Below, in pieces: positions 26,813 to 41,480 of a DNA stretch of 64,000 bases. The notes below the pieces were generated by a model that was given only the letters and a program-made list of their open reading frames with translations, was not told the DNA's origin and did no database searches. The stretch lies in assembly GCF_009914755.1 (NCBI RefSeq), contig NC_060943.1; one strand, given 5' to 3'. This DNA is from the human T2T-CHM13v2.0 reference genome, Homo sapiens. Position 1 is the first letter of the stretch; each line of letters begins with the position of its first letter. Made by a program: the position numbers and the translations under genes.

Positions 26813-28318
26813 TCAGAAGCAAAAAAATCAAATTCTGCATGTTCTCACTTAAAATGAGAGGTAAACGATGGATACATATGGACATAAAAAATGGAAATAA
26901 TAAACACTGGAGACTCCAAAAAAGGGCAGAGAGAGGAGGGAGTGAGGATTGAAAGATTACCTATTGAACACAGTGTTCAGTTTTTGAGTGACAGGTACAC
27001 TAGAAGCCCAATCCCTACCATTGTGCAATACCCCCATGTAACAAACATGCACAGGTACCCCCAAATCTAAAGTTTTTGAAAAAAAGAATCTTGAGCATCT
27101 TTGTAAAGGATTTAAAGGATAAAATAAAGAACAGCCACGCAAGTTTTCTTATAATAGATGAAAAAATTATATTGATTACTTAATATGAAAAATAAACTGC
27201 ATAGTCTTACTTTCTTCAATTTCTTCACTCATTTGTCCTTAAACTGAGTCTGAAGTGGCCTTCTATCCTTCCACCTCATAGAAATGATTCTGTTAAAGTC
27301 ATTAATGGCCTGCATATTGCTAAACACAATGGTCAGTTATCAGGTCTCATCTTACTTAACCTGCCAGTTGATTATTTCTTCCTGCTTGATAAACTTTCTT
27401 CACTTAGCCACCAGGACACTGAACTCTCTTAGTTTCTTCTCATCTCGCTGTTTGCTCCATCTCAATGTCCTTTACTGCTTCCTCCTTTTCTCTTGACTTC
27501 TTTATCTTGGGTTGACCCAATGCCGTTTCCCTTCTCTTTTTCAGCTGTACTTACTCTTTGGTGATCTCAGCCTCTCACGTTTTAAATGTTATCTATCTGT
27601 TACAAGCTCCAAATTTATATCCCCAATCCAGACTTCTGTACCAAACTCTAAACTCATGTATTCAACTCCCTGCACTTGGACATACAACAGGCATCTCAAA
27701 CTCAAGATTTCCAAAGCTGAGCTCCTGATATTCTTCCCCCTTAAACATGCTCCATCCACAGCTTTGCCAATCTTAATTTATGACTTCCTCACCCGCCCAG
27801 TGTCTTGGGCCAAAATCCCGGTAGTCATTCCTGATTCTTCTCTTTTTATCACATCTCACATCTAATTCACCAGGAAATACAGTTTGCTTTTCCTGTAAAA
27901 CATATAAATATTCTGACCAATTCTACCAGCTCTACTTCCACAAATCTGATCTGAGTTACCATTGTCACTGGAGGATTACTGTCATAGCCTTACAAATACT
28001 CTTTCTTCTGTCCATGCCTATCCGTAGTCCATTCTGTACACAGCAGCAAGGCGGATCCTTTTAAAATATAAGCATGATCATATCTGTCCTCTGTCCATGC
28101 CTCCCATCTTTCACTTACAGCCAAATTCCTTAATAATGGTCCATAAGTTTCTCTGTGATCTATTTTTCCATATTCTCTTCAATTTCATCTCCTACCTCTT
28201 TCCCCCTCTACTCCAGACACAGTGGCCTCCTTGTTGCTCCTTAAAACTTCTATTGACACTTCCTCATAATGGTCCTTGTCAGTAGCTAATATCTCTGTCT
28301 GGAACCTTTTTCTCCAAG

Positions 28319-28382
28319 GTTCACTGACTGTTTCCCTGAGTCATTTGATAAAGTTCAAGGCAAATCCTACATCTCCCTCTGA
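28319..28382 (+). pseudogene. Galectin exon-2-like remnant, copy A (LTVSL-SHLIKFKANPTSPS)
   Basis: Homologous to 29238-29302 with a 6-nt deletion; phase-2 end followed by an intact gtgagg donor; 5' end abuts L2. Confidence 0.7.
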
Positions 28383-28418
28383 GTGAGGAGGTCACCCGGG
28401 CACAAATCATTGAACACA

Positions 28419-28919
28419 TGTAACAGTGAAACAGCAAAGGAACTACCAAAACAAACTCCACTTTTGTTTAAGAGGCATTTACCCATTCCTGCATGTAAGT
28501 TAAGATAATTTTAAAGCACTGAGATAAAACACAAAAGCAACCATGTAGTTTTTTAAGTAAACTGTACAATTAAAGGGGAGATATGGAAACAACTAACTAT
28601 GTTTTCCTAAAGATTTATAGAAGCATTGTGACTTGACCAAGGACAAAGAAGTTCCCAATCTTCTCAGAGCCTCACTGGTACCCAGATGTCTGCAGACTTC
28701 AGTCACCTCTTGATCCCAACCCCTGAGCATAGTTTCCTCATATCGCCCTCCCATAAGAACCCTCCAGCCAGCCTAAGAAACTTGAGATGGTCTTTGCAAC
28801 CCTAGCCTGCCACCTCCTTGGGTTGCTGCTTCCCGATAAACCTGCTTCTCCTCACACCAACTCTCGTCTCTTGACTTTGGCTTTTGAGTGGCGAGCAGCT
28901 GAACCTAGATTTGGTTACA
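28419..28919 (+). mobile_element. Solo LTR (ERV1-class)
   Basis: TGTAAC...GTTACA termini, 4-bp TSD CACA, 501 bp. Confidence 0.85.
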
Positions 28920-29225
28920 CACATACTGGCCTATAGTGCAAAAGAGAATATGTATATGTTTGTCAATGAGAATGGCTGGATTTGCCTAATTCTCTGTTTT
29001 TTTGTATTTTTATTTAAGTTTGGAATTAGTTGTATATAAAATGTGTGTCTGTGCCCCTGAGTGTGTGTGTCTGGATTCAGATTAATATCTCCTTGTCAGG
29101 GGCATGCCTGCGTCTCTTAGCTGCAAGAGGAAACCATGCTCTGTGTCCTGATTCTACCTGGGCATCAATGTAGGAAACAAAGTCTTGGCTTTCACCTACT
29201 GATGCATCCATCTCTCCCACATCTC

Positions 29226-30703
29226 AACCCCTGCTGACTGTCTGTTTCCCTGATTGTGGGTCATATGATGAAGATCATGATAAATCTCATGTCCCCCTCT
29301 AATGGAGTAGACTGCAGTTTGTGTGTAATGGAGGGTGATGGGAAAAGGGGAAGTATTAGCATGCCTTGGGACCCACAATAGAGACAACTCAGACTTCTCC
29401 AGTCACCAAAATGAGCAGAGGTGGCTGATGTAAGAGCCTGAGATACACTCCAGGCAGGATTTCCTTTCCACATGTGTGTGCCTGTGTGTGTTGGGGTGGG
29501 GGCAAACTAATAAAGGTAAGTAGATGTTTGAGACAGAGAGAGCAAGAAGGACTGTGTTTGCTCTCAGGAGGTTACATTTCCTATAGTAATGGCTTTATGG
29601 AGAAAGTCGTTTTCCTGTCTCTGCAGAAGGAGTCCAGAATTCCAGGTGGATTTCTGTGAATATCCCAAGGAAGGCGCCACCATGACATTCCACTTCCCAG
29701 TGTACTCGAGCAATGTGGTAGTGATGAACAGCATCCAGAAAGGGTTATGGAATGAGAAAAACATGTTTCTCTGGCTCCTTTGTGACAGGGAAGTCTTTTG
29801 AGCTGTGAGTTTTGGTGCTGGACAATCAGTACCAGGTATGTGGGCCCTAAGGGGTGAGGGGCATGGACCTCAGTGGCTGGGGTGGGGCTGCTGTGGAGGA
29901 ACTGAGTCCAAATCTGATCTGGTCTCAGTAGAAAAATTGGATTCCATATCCTACCATGCCCTTTGCTGCACACAAGCCCCAGCCACAAAAGCTGACCTCT
30001 GGTTCTGGTGCTCTCCTTGTCTTCTCCATAAAACATGCTCATTCTTGCAGATGGAGCTGAAACATCAAAACTCTGAACCTTATTGGTCACTGTCTCTTTC
30101 TCATTGAGAAAACACAGATCACAGACACATTCCCCACTGCAGTCCTTCATCCCTGAGGGCGGAGGACATGTCTCCTGTGCATGGCAGCAGTCTTGACCCT
30201 GAGGAAAATATTGAAGACAACTTTTTAAGCACTGCAGTGTGTGCTGTGCAAGTAAAGATTCAGAGGTGAATCCAACACATCTCCTGCCCTCAAGGACAGT
30301 CAGGAATGTTGAGGGAAAATTACAGGCTTGCTGTCATCAGGGTAGACCAGGGATGAGAAGCTCTGGAAGCAAAGAAGTGGGACAATGGAGGATGATTTAC
30401 TGCAGCCAAGGCTTGGCCATGTTTCCTGGAGAAGGAGATATTTGAGCTGTTTTGTTTTGAGGGAGAATAGAAATTTTTACAGGCAATGAGAGGAAAGGCA
30501 TTTGAGGAAAGGGAAGGTGGAGGTCTGAATGTTCTGAGCTCACAAGCAGTACATCTCTTTCCCCAGGTGTTTGTGAATGGGAAGTCCACCTATATGTTTG
30601 CCCACTCCCTTTCACCACAGTCTGTGAAAATGGTGCAGGTGAAGGGAGATACTTTCCTGACTTCAGTGGATATATTGTAAGGGGCAGAGAATCTTGCAAT
30701 AAA
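29226..30703 (+). pseudogene. Diverged prototype galectin pseudogene, galectin-15/11-like: exon 2 29226-29302, exon 3 29627-29835, exon 4 30567-30680, AATAAA 30698-30703
   Basis: Exon sizes 77/209/114 versus CLC 77/211/126. Peptides NPC*LSVSLIVGHMMKIMINLMSPS, SPEFQVDF...FHF...VVMNS...W...SFVTGKSFEL*VLVLDNQYQ and VFVNGKSTYMFAHSLSPQSVKMVQVKGDTFLTSVDIL*. Net 2-nt deletion in exon 3 and stops at 29235 and 29806. Confidence 0.92.
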
Positions 30704-31639
30704 AATATCCACCTCATTACACTCTTTTATAATGTGCATGATCACAGCATCTCCCAGAAGGTGCCAGAGTGTCTCCCAATCCCCACACTTAAGCTAATGA
30801 TAGTAAAATCTTCCTAGTATTAGCCAGGACTTGGCTCTCGCTAATAGGAAAGATCCCAAGGGAAGATTTGGCACATGTGGAAATTCATCCTGGGTAGGGT
30901 GTACAGAGTGTGGCTTGGGAAAGGTGCAGGTGGTTAAAATGTCAATGGTTGCCCCTGAAATAGAGACAGAGCCAAAGCATCTCATGATATTATGCAGAAG
31001 ATGGAAGGGTGTTGGGCTATGGAAGGAAGAAATATGGCTTTGGGCGTGTGACTCTCTTTTGAGTTGTTTGTTCATTCAACACATAGTTATTGACCCCTTA
31101 CTGTCATATACCTCTATGTATGCCAGACATTCCCATATCACTGGTGTAAGGAGCTGAGAGGACCAGGAAATGATCCTATTGGCAAAAGGAACTCGATACT
31201 GATGAGTTAGGGATGAAGTTGTTCTTAGAGGGGCTCCTTAACTCAGGAGTTAAGTGTCAGTTGGTCAGGCAGATGTACCTTGAACCCTGATGCATGGCTT
31301 TCTGGAGGTCTATCTCCCCTCCCTCCACTCAGGACCACTCAGGGTGCACCCAAAAGCTTTCAGGGGTCACAAAGTGTGATCCAGGAGACTGGGCTCAGAC
31401 CTTTCCAGACCTCTCTAGCCTGAGGTCCTCTGGAGACATACAGAAAAGCCAAAACCTGTAGACCTAATTATCCTCCAAGTTTCTGTGGTCCCTGAGTTTC
31501 CACAAACTCCCAGACACTTCATGTAAAAAGAATGGTTGCTTTTGTCATCTTTAGGCCCTCAGAGTGTTCTTCCATGATTTTCCTCGGAAAGTTTTGTTCA
31601 TGTTTTTTTTGTGTTTTTGGTTGTTGTTTGTTTGTTTTG

Positions 31640-31960
31640 TGTTTTAGAGACAAGCTCTTTCTCTGTCACCCAGGCTGGCTTGCAGCAGTGTGATCACAGC
31701 TCACTGAAGCCTCGAACCCCAGGGCTAAAGTGATCCTCCTGCCTCAACCTTCTTAATAGCTGGTACTACAGGCACATGTCACCATGCCCAGCTAATTTTT
31801 TTTATCTTTGTAGAGACAGTCTTTCTATGTTGCCCAGGCTGGAATGCACTGGCAGGATCATACCTCACTGCAGACTCAACCTTCTGGACTCAAGCAATCC
31901 ACCTACCTCAGCCCTTGAAAGTGCTGGTATTACAGGAGTGAGCCACTACGTCTGGCTCCC
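31640..31960 (-). mobile_element. Old Alu (AluJ-like)
   Basis: Diverged antisense Alu. Confidence 0.8.
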
Positions 31961-32224
31961 CAAGAAGTTTTGATATTGCTTACGTGTCTATCTATTACCA
32001 CAATAATAACCATGAAAAGATGCTGAATCAAAACAAACAAAAATAGTTCAGGTTCTGGAGCAAGCCTGGTTCAAACCTCTGCTGTCTTAATTCTTAGCTC
32101 TGTGACCTTGTGCAAGTTTCTTAAACTCTCTATACCTCAGTTTCCTTTTTTGAAAAATGAGGATAGTTGTATCTATCTCATAAAGTTGTTGTGAGCATCA
32201 GGTGAATCGATACTTTTTTTAAAA

Positions 32225-34090
32225 GATGCTGAATCACCAGGGAAATGCAAATCAAAACCACAGTGGGATATTACCTCACATCTGTTAGCATGGCTATTTT
32301 CGAAAGAACAAAAGATAACAAGTGTGGGCAATGATGTGAAGAAATTGGAGGCCTTGTGCACTGTGGGTAGGAATGCAAAATGGTGCAGCCACTATAGAAA
32401 ACAGTATGGAACTTCTGCAAAGAATTACAAATATAACTACCATATGACCCAGGAATCCCACTCCTGGGAATATAGCAAAGAAGTTGAAATCGGGATTTCA
32501 AAAAGATATTAGCATCCCATTGTTCATTGCAGCACTATTCACAATGGCCAAGATATGGAAACAACCTAAATGACTATAGACAGATGATTCAATAAAAAAA
32601 ATGTGGTGTATACACACAATGGAAAATTATTCAGCCTTTAGAAAGAAGGATATCCTGCAATATGCAACCACATGGATGAACCTTAAAGACATTATGCTAA
32701 GCAGATAAGCCAGCCACAGAAGGACAAATACTGCAGGATTCCATTTATATGAGGTGATTGAAATAGTCAAAATTAGAGAAGCAGAGAGTAAAATCGTGGT
32801 TACTGGGGGTCGGGAGGAGGGGTAAATGGGATATTGCTAACCAGCGGACATAAAGTTTCACTTACACAAGATGAATAAGTTCTAGAAATTGTCTGTACAA
32901 CACTGTGCCAATAGTTAACAACACTGTACTGCAAACATAAAAAATGTGTTAAGAGGGTAGATGTCATGTCAAGCATTTTTACCACAGTAAAGTAAAATTT
33001 TGTTAAAGAATACATGTAAATTAGTACAAACACTATGGAGAACAGTTTGGTGATTCCTCAAAAAACTAAAAATGGAAATCCAGCAATCTCACTGCTGGGT
33101 ATATATCCAAAAGAAAGGAAATCAGTATGTTGAAGAGATATCTGCACCCCCATGTCTACTGCAGCACTGTTCACATCAGCCAAGATTTGGAAGCAACCTC
33201 AGTGTCCAGCAACAGATGAATAGATAAAGAAAATGTGGTGCTTATACACAAGGGAGTATTATTCAGCCATAAAAAAGAATGCGATCCTGCAATTTGTAAC
33301 AACATAAATGGAAGTGAAGTTCATTACGCTAAGTGAAATAAGCCAGGCACCGAAAGACAACCATCACATGTTGTCACTTGTTTGTGGATCTAAAAATCAA
33401 AAACAATTGAACTCATGAAAATGGTGAGTACAAGGACGGTCACCAGAGGCTGGGAAGGATAGTAGAGGGCTGGGGATGAGAGATGCAGATGGTTAATGGG
33501 TACAAAAAATAGTTAGCATGAATGAATAATGCCTAGTATTTGATAACACAACCAGGTGGCTATAGTCAATAACTGTACATTTAAAAATAACTAAAAGAGG
33601 CCGGGCATGGTGGCTCACATCTGTAATCCCAGCACTTTGGAAGGCCAAGGTGGGTGGATCACTTGAGGCCAGGAGTTCAAGACTAACCTGGCCAGCATGG
33701 TGAAACCCCGTATCTACCAAAAAATACAAAAATTTCACTGGGCGTGGTGGCGCATGTCTGTAGTCCCAGCTACTCAGAAAGGTTGAGGCACAAGAATCCC
33801 TTGAACCTGGGAGGCAGAGGTTGCAGTGAGCTGAGCTTGTGCCACTGCACTCCAGCCTGGGCAACAGAGCAAGACTCTGTCAAAAAAAAAAAAAAAAAAA
33901 AAAACCCTAAACTAAAAGAGTATAATTGGATTGTTCATAACAGAAAGCATAAATGTTTGAGGGGATGTAAACCCCAATTTCTATGATGTGATTATTATGC
34001 ATTGCATGCCTGGATCAAAATATCTCATGAACCCCATAAATATATACACCTACAATGTTCCCATATAAATAAAATTAAAAATTAAAAACA
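32225..34090 (+). mobile_element. L1MA/MB 3' fragments with nested AluS (about 33599-33904)
   Basis: L1 3'-end motifs (ggaaatgcaaatcaaaaccac, caacctaaatg); Alu with poly(A). Confidence 0.8.
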
Positions 34091-34289
34091 ATACAAAAAA
34101 GGCATGTGCTATTCTATTGGTCCTGGCATACTGGCTTTGATAGACACATCCATCTTTTCTCACTGGTAGTGTCAATCACCTACTTTTATGAACCATTCTT
34201 AAATCAATTTGAGACAGCATCCCACATTAAATTGTACATCCAAGGAGTCAATACCAGTTTCAAAGGAGATAGAAATAGACCAGATTTTT

Positions 34290-34620
34290 CTTTTTTCTTT
34301 TTTTATTTTATTTATTTATTTATTTATTTATTTATTTTGAGATGGCGTCTCATTCTGTTGCCAAGACTGGAGTATAGTGGCACAATCTTGGCTCACTGCA
34401 ACCTCTGCCTCTCAGGTTCAAGTGATTCTCCTGCCTCAGCCTCCTGAGTATCTGGGACTACAATCATGTGCCACCACACCTGACTAATTTTTGTATTTTT
34501 AATAGAGATAAGTTTTCACCGTGTTGGTCGAACTGGTCTTGAACTCCTGACCTCAAGTGATCCACCTGCCTCAGCCTCCCGAAATGCTGGGAATACAGGC
34601 TTGAGCCACCACGCCCAGCC
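34290..34620 (-). mobile_element. AluS
   Basis: TSD aatagaccagattttt. Confidence 0.9.
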
Positions 34621-35451
34621 AATAGACCAGATTTTTGAAACATTTACATGTTAAAAAAAGAGAGAGAGAAAGGGAGAGAGCAGGATTTATATTTATTCAA
34701 TGTGAGGGAGAGTATGTCAAAGATTACTCCCGTTCAGGAACAGCTAAGTGGAGAGGGTTTCCATATTGGTACAGGGAAAAATGGAGGAGAACCTGATTTG
34801 CATTAATAGTGACAGGTGTCCAGAAGAAATGTGAGTAGTGATGTTAAGGCAGAAATTACATGTTAATATGTCTGGAGCTCCAGTAGAAAAGGTTGAGGTC
34901 TATGGTAGAGATAAACTTGGCATATTCAGCACATATCTTAAACACGTGCAGACTTGATATGGCCTAAAGGAAACTAACACAGATGTGGAAACATGGGGAA
35001 CCCAAGACTAAGCCCTTCAAAAGTCTGATCCTTAAGAATTGAATAGAAGAAGCATGAGAAGGCTCTAGGAATGAGAAATTCCATCCCCCACCCCCTCCCC
35101 CACCACAACATCAAATAACAACCATACTTGGAACCCGCAGAATCAGTGTTGGGACTCACAGCAGACAGCAGCATGACAAGGATGCAATGATATTTGCAGC
35201 AGGGAACATCTGGGAATACAGAAAGGGCCTTGCAAAAGCAGAACCCAAAAAATATATACCCTTAGAAGGTAAAAAACCCACCCTCGAGGCAACTGTTAAG
35301 ATTGAGACAAAGAAATGGGATGGCACAGAATTGCTGAGCACCAGCAGAAAAGAGGAGAAAGAGCAATATCTTTTAAATTAAACATCAGTGTAGCAACTGA
35401 AAAAAGAACTCTTCCTCAAGATAATTTATTTTCATCTGATAGAAAATTGTC

Positions 35452-35556
35452 ATAGGCTGGGCATGGTGGCTCACGCTTGTCATCCCAGCACTTTGGGAGG
35501 CCGAGGCACTCCCAAAGTGGTGGGATGAGAGGCGTGAGCCAATGGGCCCAGCCTAT
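35452..35556. repeat. Alu-derived fold-back palindrome (48-bp arms, 9-nt loop)
   Basis: 35452-35499 is the reverse complement of 35509-35556 at 41/48 positions. Confidence 0.85.
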
Positions 35557-35781
35557 TAGCATGTTTTGAAAGTATACAATGTTATGTTACTGATGATAAG
35601 TCTGTGTCCCTTCCCAATGAGGCAGTTATATAGGACACAACCTACCACTACACATACAGCCTCAAAGCACTGGCCCAGGCTCTGCCTCACCTTACAGCTG
35701 ACCCATGAGGGTTCATCTGACAACTTCAGGCTCCAGAGGCGTTGAAGAACAACAAATTGTTGATTGTCTACACACAGAGAT

Positions 35782-37046
35782 TGTTGACGGCTGTTGTGAT
35801 AACTCAGTTCTTGTCTTCTTAGTTTAAAAGAATTTAAACAAGATGCAGAAAAAAAGGAATGCTTTTATGCTGTTGGTGGGAATGTAAATTAGTTCAACCA
35901 TTGTGGAAGACAGTGTGGCGATTCCTCAAAGATTTAGAACCAGAAATATCATTCGACCCAGCAATACCATTGCTGGGTATATACCCAAAAGAACATAAAT
36001 TATTCTTATTATAAAGATACATGCACACGAATGTTCACTGCAGCACTATTCACAATAGCAAAGACATGGAATCAACCCAAATGCCTATCAATGATAGACT
36101 GGATAAAGAAAATGTGGTACATATACACCATAGAATACTATGCCACCGTAAAAAGGAACGCGATCATGTCCTTTGCAGGGACATGCATGGAGGTAGAAGC
36201 CGTTATCCTCAGCAAACTAATGCAGGAACAGAAAACACCGCATGTTCTCAGTTATAAGTGGGAGGTAAATGATGAGAACACACGGACACAGGGGAGGGAA
36301 CAGCACACACTGGAACCTGTCAGGGGGGCAGGGGAAGGGAGAGCATCAGGAAGAATAGCTAATGAATGCTGGGCTTAATACTTAGGCAATGGGATTATCC
36401 CTGCAGCAAACCACCACGGCACACATTTACCTATGCAACAAACCTGCACTTCCTGCACATGCACCCCGGAACTTAAAATAAAAGTTGATTTAAGAAAAAA
36501 GAATTTAAACAAGAGACACACAGCAAAAGAGATGCAGCATAGAGTAATCTATTGCAAAAGAATACTTTGAAGGTTAAGTGCAGAATAGACAGTACACCCT
36601 AAGAGAGAGAGGTCAGAGTAGTTTGCTCATGAGAATGAGACAGTGTTGCGTTTTGCTGGAGAAACCTCATTTCTGGGAAACTTACATGATTATTCATAAG
36701 GAGGTGGGAAAAGGTGTTACTAATAAGCATGTTCTGGGTGGTCTTCTGGGTGCACACGCACAGTAGCTGTACATGCCTGTTCATACATCATGTGTCTCAT
36801 TAGCATCTTAAATCTCCACCCAGAGATGTGTTTTTTACTATTATAATGAGCAACAGATCTGCTTGAGGACAGGTAAAATTAAAATGCACATTCTTTCTAG
36901 AAACGAAATCCTCTACTGAAGGGAGCTTTGCTTGAATGAGCTCTATTACAATGTGAATGCTGAGGCTTACTGTGTTGATTGTATGGCCACCAAGGTTGCT
37001 GCATCCCAAAAACATGGTCTCTTCCTTGACTACCTGTCTTGCCTCA
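35782..37046 (-). mobile_element. Solo ERV1-class LTR interrupted by an L1PA 3' fragment (35844-36496, plus)
   Basis: TG...CA termini with TSD AGAT; inner L1 has an 18-bp TSD AAAAGAATTTAAACAAGA. Confidence 0.8.
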
Positions 37047-37394
37047 AGATTATCACATGGATTTCCTCAAGCAAATAGCATTTATGGGACTAGGATGTGG
37101 ACATCAGAAGACATCCAGGAAGCACTTGGAAAAAGTTTTCTCCTTGTTTCTACAGACACGCCGATTGTGCTAGATGCCTTGGGGTCAATAAAGACCCATG
37201 TATCTCTTGGTCATCTGAGCAGAGTTAAATTAGGAATTCAGGACTGGCTTTTCAGGTAAAAGAAGTGGGCACTGACAGCTTGGCTGGATTTCCCAGGTCC
37301 CCATTTAATTATTGTAATAAAAGCTCAGGCTCATTCACTCCCTCATTTAATGTCTCAGCTCATAAGATGAATATCTAAGGTATGGCAACGGTCT

Positions 37395-37765
37395 GCAATA
37401 AACAGAATGCTTGTGTCCCCTCATATTTATATTGAAATCGTAACCCCCCCGGCAATGTCACGGCATAAAGAGGTAGGGTCTTAGGGTGGTGATTAACTCG
37501 TGAGGGTGGGGCCCTTATGAATGGGATTAGTGCCCTTCTAAAAAGTACCCCAAGGAGCTCTCTCGCCCTCTCTCTACCATGTGAGGATACAACAAGGAAT
37601 CAGCAGCGTGCAACCTGGAGGAGGCCTTTCAGCAGAACCCAGCCATGCTGGCACCCAGATCTCAGACCTCCAGCCTCCAGAACTGTGAGAAATAAATTTC
37701 TGTTGTTTATAAGACACTGAGTCTGTGGTATGATGTTGTAACAACCTGAATTGACAAAGACATAG
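37395..37765 (+). mobile_element. MaLR LTR (MLT1-type)
   Basis: aatgggattagtgccctt...ccagcctccagaactgtgagaaataaatttctgttg. Confidence 0.8.
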
Positions 37766-37896
37766 TCTAAGTAAGAAATAATTATAAGACAACTTTATGC
37801 CTTGGAGAGGCATCACTGGACAGACAGTCTGTCTTATTAAGTATAGGACACAGTTTCTTTTCCAAGGCTGGAAATGGATGGAGCCTGAAGATGTCT

Positions 37897-39470
<1,574 letters not shown>

Positions 39471-39486
39471 GCATCAGCGATATTTT

Positions 39487-40510
39487 GACCAGCCTGGTCA
39501 ACAGGGCGAAACCTTTTCTCTACCAAAAATGCAAAAATTAGCTGAGTGTGTTGGTGTGCACCTGTAATCTCAGCTATTCAGGAGGCTGAGGTAGGAGAAT
39601 CGCTTGAACCTAGAGGCGGAAATTTGCGGTGAGCGGCGATCACGCCACTCTGCACTCCAGCCTGCACGACAGAGTGAGTGAGACTCCCCTTAAAAAAAAA
39701 AAGATGTGGAATGCATGTTTACAACAGCACAATTTGAAATTGCAAAGATACGGAACCAACCTATGCATCTATTGACCAACGGGTGAATAAAGATAATGTG
39801 GTATATATGCACCATCGAATACTACGCAGCCATAAAAAGCAATGAAATCATGTTTTTTGCAGCAACTTGGATAGAGCTGGAGGCCATTATTCTAAGTGAA
39901 GTAACTCAGGAACGGAAAACCAAATATTGCATGTTCTCGCTTATAAGTAGGAGCTAAGCTATGGGTACACAAAAGCATACATAGTGATATAATGGACTTT
40001 GGGGTCTCGGGGGTGGGGAAGTTGGGAGAGGGGTGAGGGATGAAAGACCACGTATTGGGCTGGGGGTAGTGGCTCATGCCTGCAATCCCAGCACTGGGAG
40101 GCCGAGGCAGGCAGGTCACCTGAGGTCAGCAGTTCAAGGCCAGCCTGGCTAACATGGTGAAACCCCATCTCTACTTAAAAAAAAATTACAAAAATTAGCT
40201 GGGCATGGTGGTGGGTGCCTGTAGTCCCAGCTACTCGGGAGACTGAAGTGGGAGAATCACTTGAACCCAGGAGGCAGAGGTTGCAGTAAACTGAGATCAC
40301 AGTAAGCTGAGTGCAGTGGTGCACTCCAGCCTGGGCAACAGAGCGAAACTCCGTCAAAAAAAAAAAAATGACTACAAAGACTACATACTGGGTACAGTGT
40401 ACACTGCTTGGGTGATGGGAGCACCAAAAATCTCAGAATTCACCACTAAAGAACTCATCTATGTAACCAAAAACCACGTGTACCCCCAAAACTATTGAAA
40501 TTTAGAAAAC
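39487..40510 (+). mobile_element. Partial Alu, then L1 3' end with nested AluS (about 40058-40368)
   Basis: Alu and L1PA/PB 3'UTR motifs. Confidence 0.8.
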
Positions 40511-40539
40511 ATTCTAAAAATGAATAAAATAAAATACCA

Positions 40540-41480
40540 GTAAGACATGTGATGTATGTACTCATATGTAGAGCAATAGCACATGCGCATCCAGGAGACC
40601 ACCCACAACATGCTTAAAAACAATACCCCTTTCCATGCCCTCATGAATAATCGTGGAAGACTTCCATAAAGGGAGTTTCCCAGTGCCAGTCTGGGCTGTC
40701 TCATTCTCAAGCTGCCGCCTCTGACCTAGCTTTCAGAGTGCACTTTCGCTCTGCAATAAACTCCTTTGCCGACTTTTACTCTGCACTTGACTCTGAAATT
40801 CTTTTGTGCGGTGAAGTCAAGAACCTGAACTGGCCAGCCAACAACAATAGCAGCGTCAGGCTCCGCAAGTTAAAGGGCTCAGACCCACCTAATTGCTGCC
40901 ACTTCAGGTGGCAGTCGCAAGGTCTCAACTGCCACCTGCACTTCTGACCAACTGGCTATAAATTGGGGAGTTCCCATGACCCTCTCCAAAGGTTGAATAA
41001 TTTGCTAAAATGGTTGCAGAACTCAGAAAACACTTTACTTAGATTGTTGGTTTATTATAAAGGATACGACTTAGGACAGCCAAATGAAAGAGATGTATAG
41101 AGCAAGAAATGGGGGGCTGGGTGGATGGTGCAGAACTCTCAGGCCCTGAGTGTGCCATGCTCCCAGTACTTTAAAGTGTTAGCCCACCCGGAAGCTCACT
41201 GACAGGTTTTATTCCTTAGGCATAATTGATTAAATCATTGGTCATGGGTGATTAACTCAATCTACAGTCCCTCTTGCCTCCCTGGAGGTCGGGGTGGAGC
41301 TAAAAATTCCAACCCTCTAATCACGTCTTGGTCTTTCCAGTGAGCAGCCCTCATCCTGAAGCTACCTAGGGGCCCCCAGCCACCAGTCATCTCATTCACA
41401 TGTAAAAGACACTCCTTACTCCAGAGAATCCAAGGATTTTGGAGCTGTGTGCCAGGAACCTGGACAAAGACCAAGTCTTT
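40540..41480. mobile_element. LTR fragments (ERV1-like, then MER21-like)
   Basis: LTR-type motifs (ctctgcaataaactc, ggctataaattggggagttccc); subfamily uncertain. Confidence 0.5.

Noticed and set aside
29130-29160. aaccATGctctgtg as exon 1 of the galectin fossil
   Set aside because: No similarity to a galectin exon 1 and no donor at +15
29581-30150. 189-aa minus-strand ORF
   Set aside because: Antisense to the galectin pseudogene exon 3 and its intron; no recognisable domain or splice context
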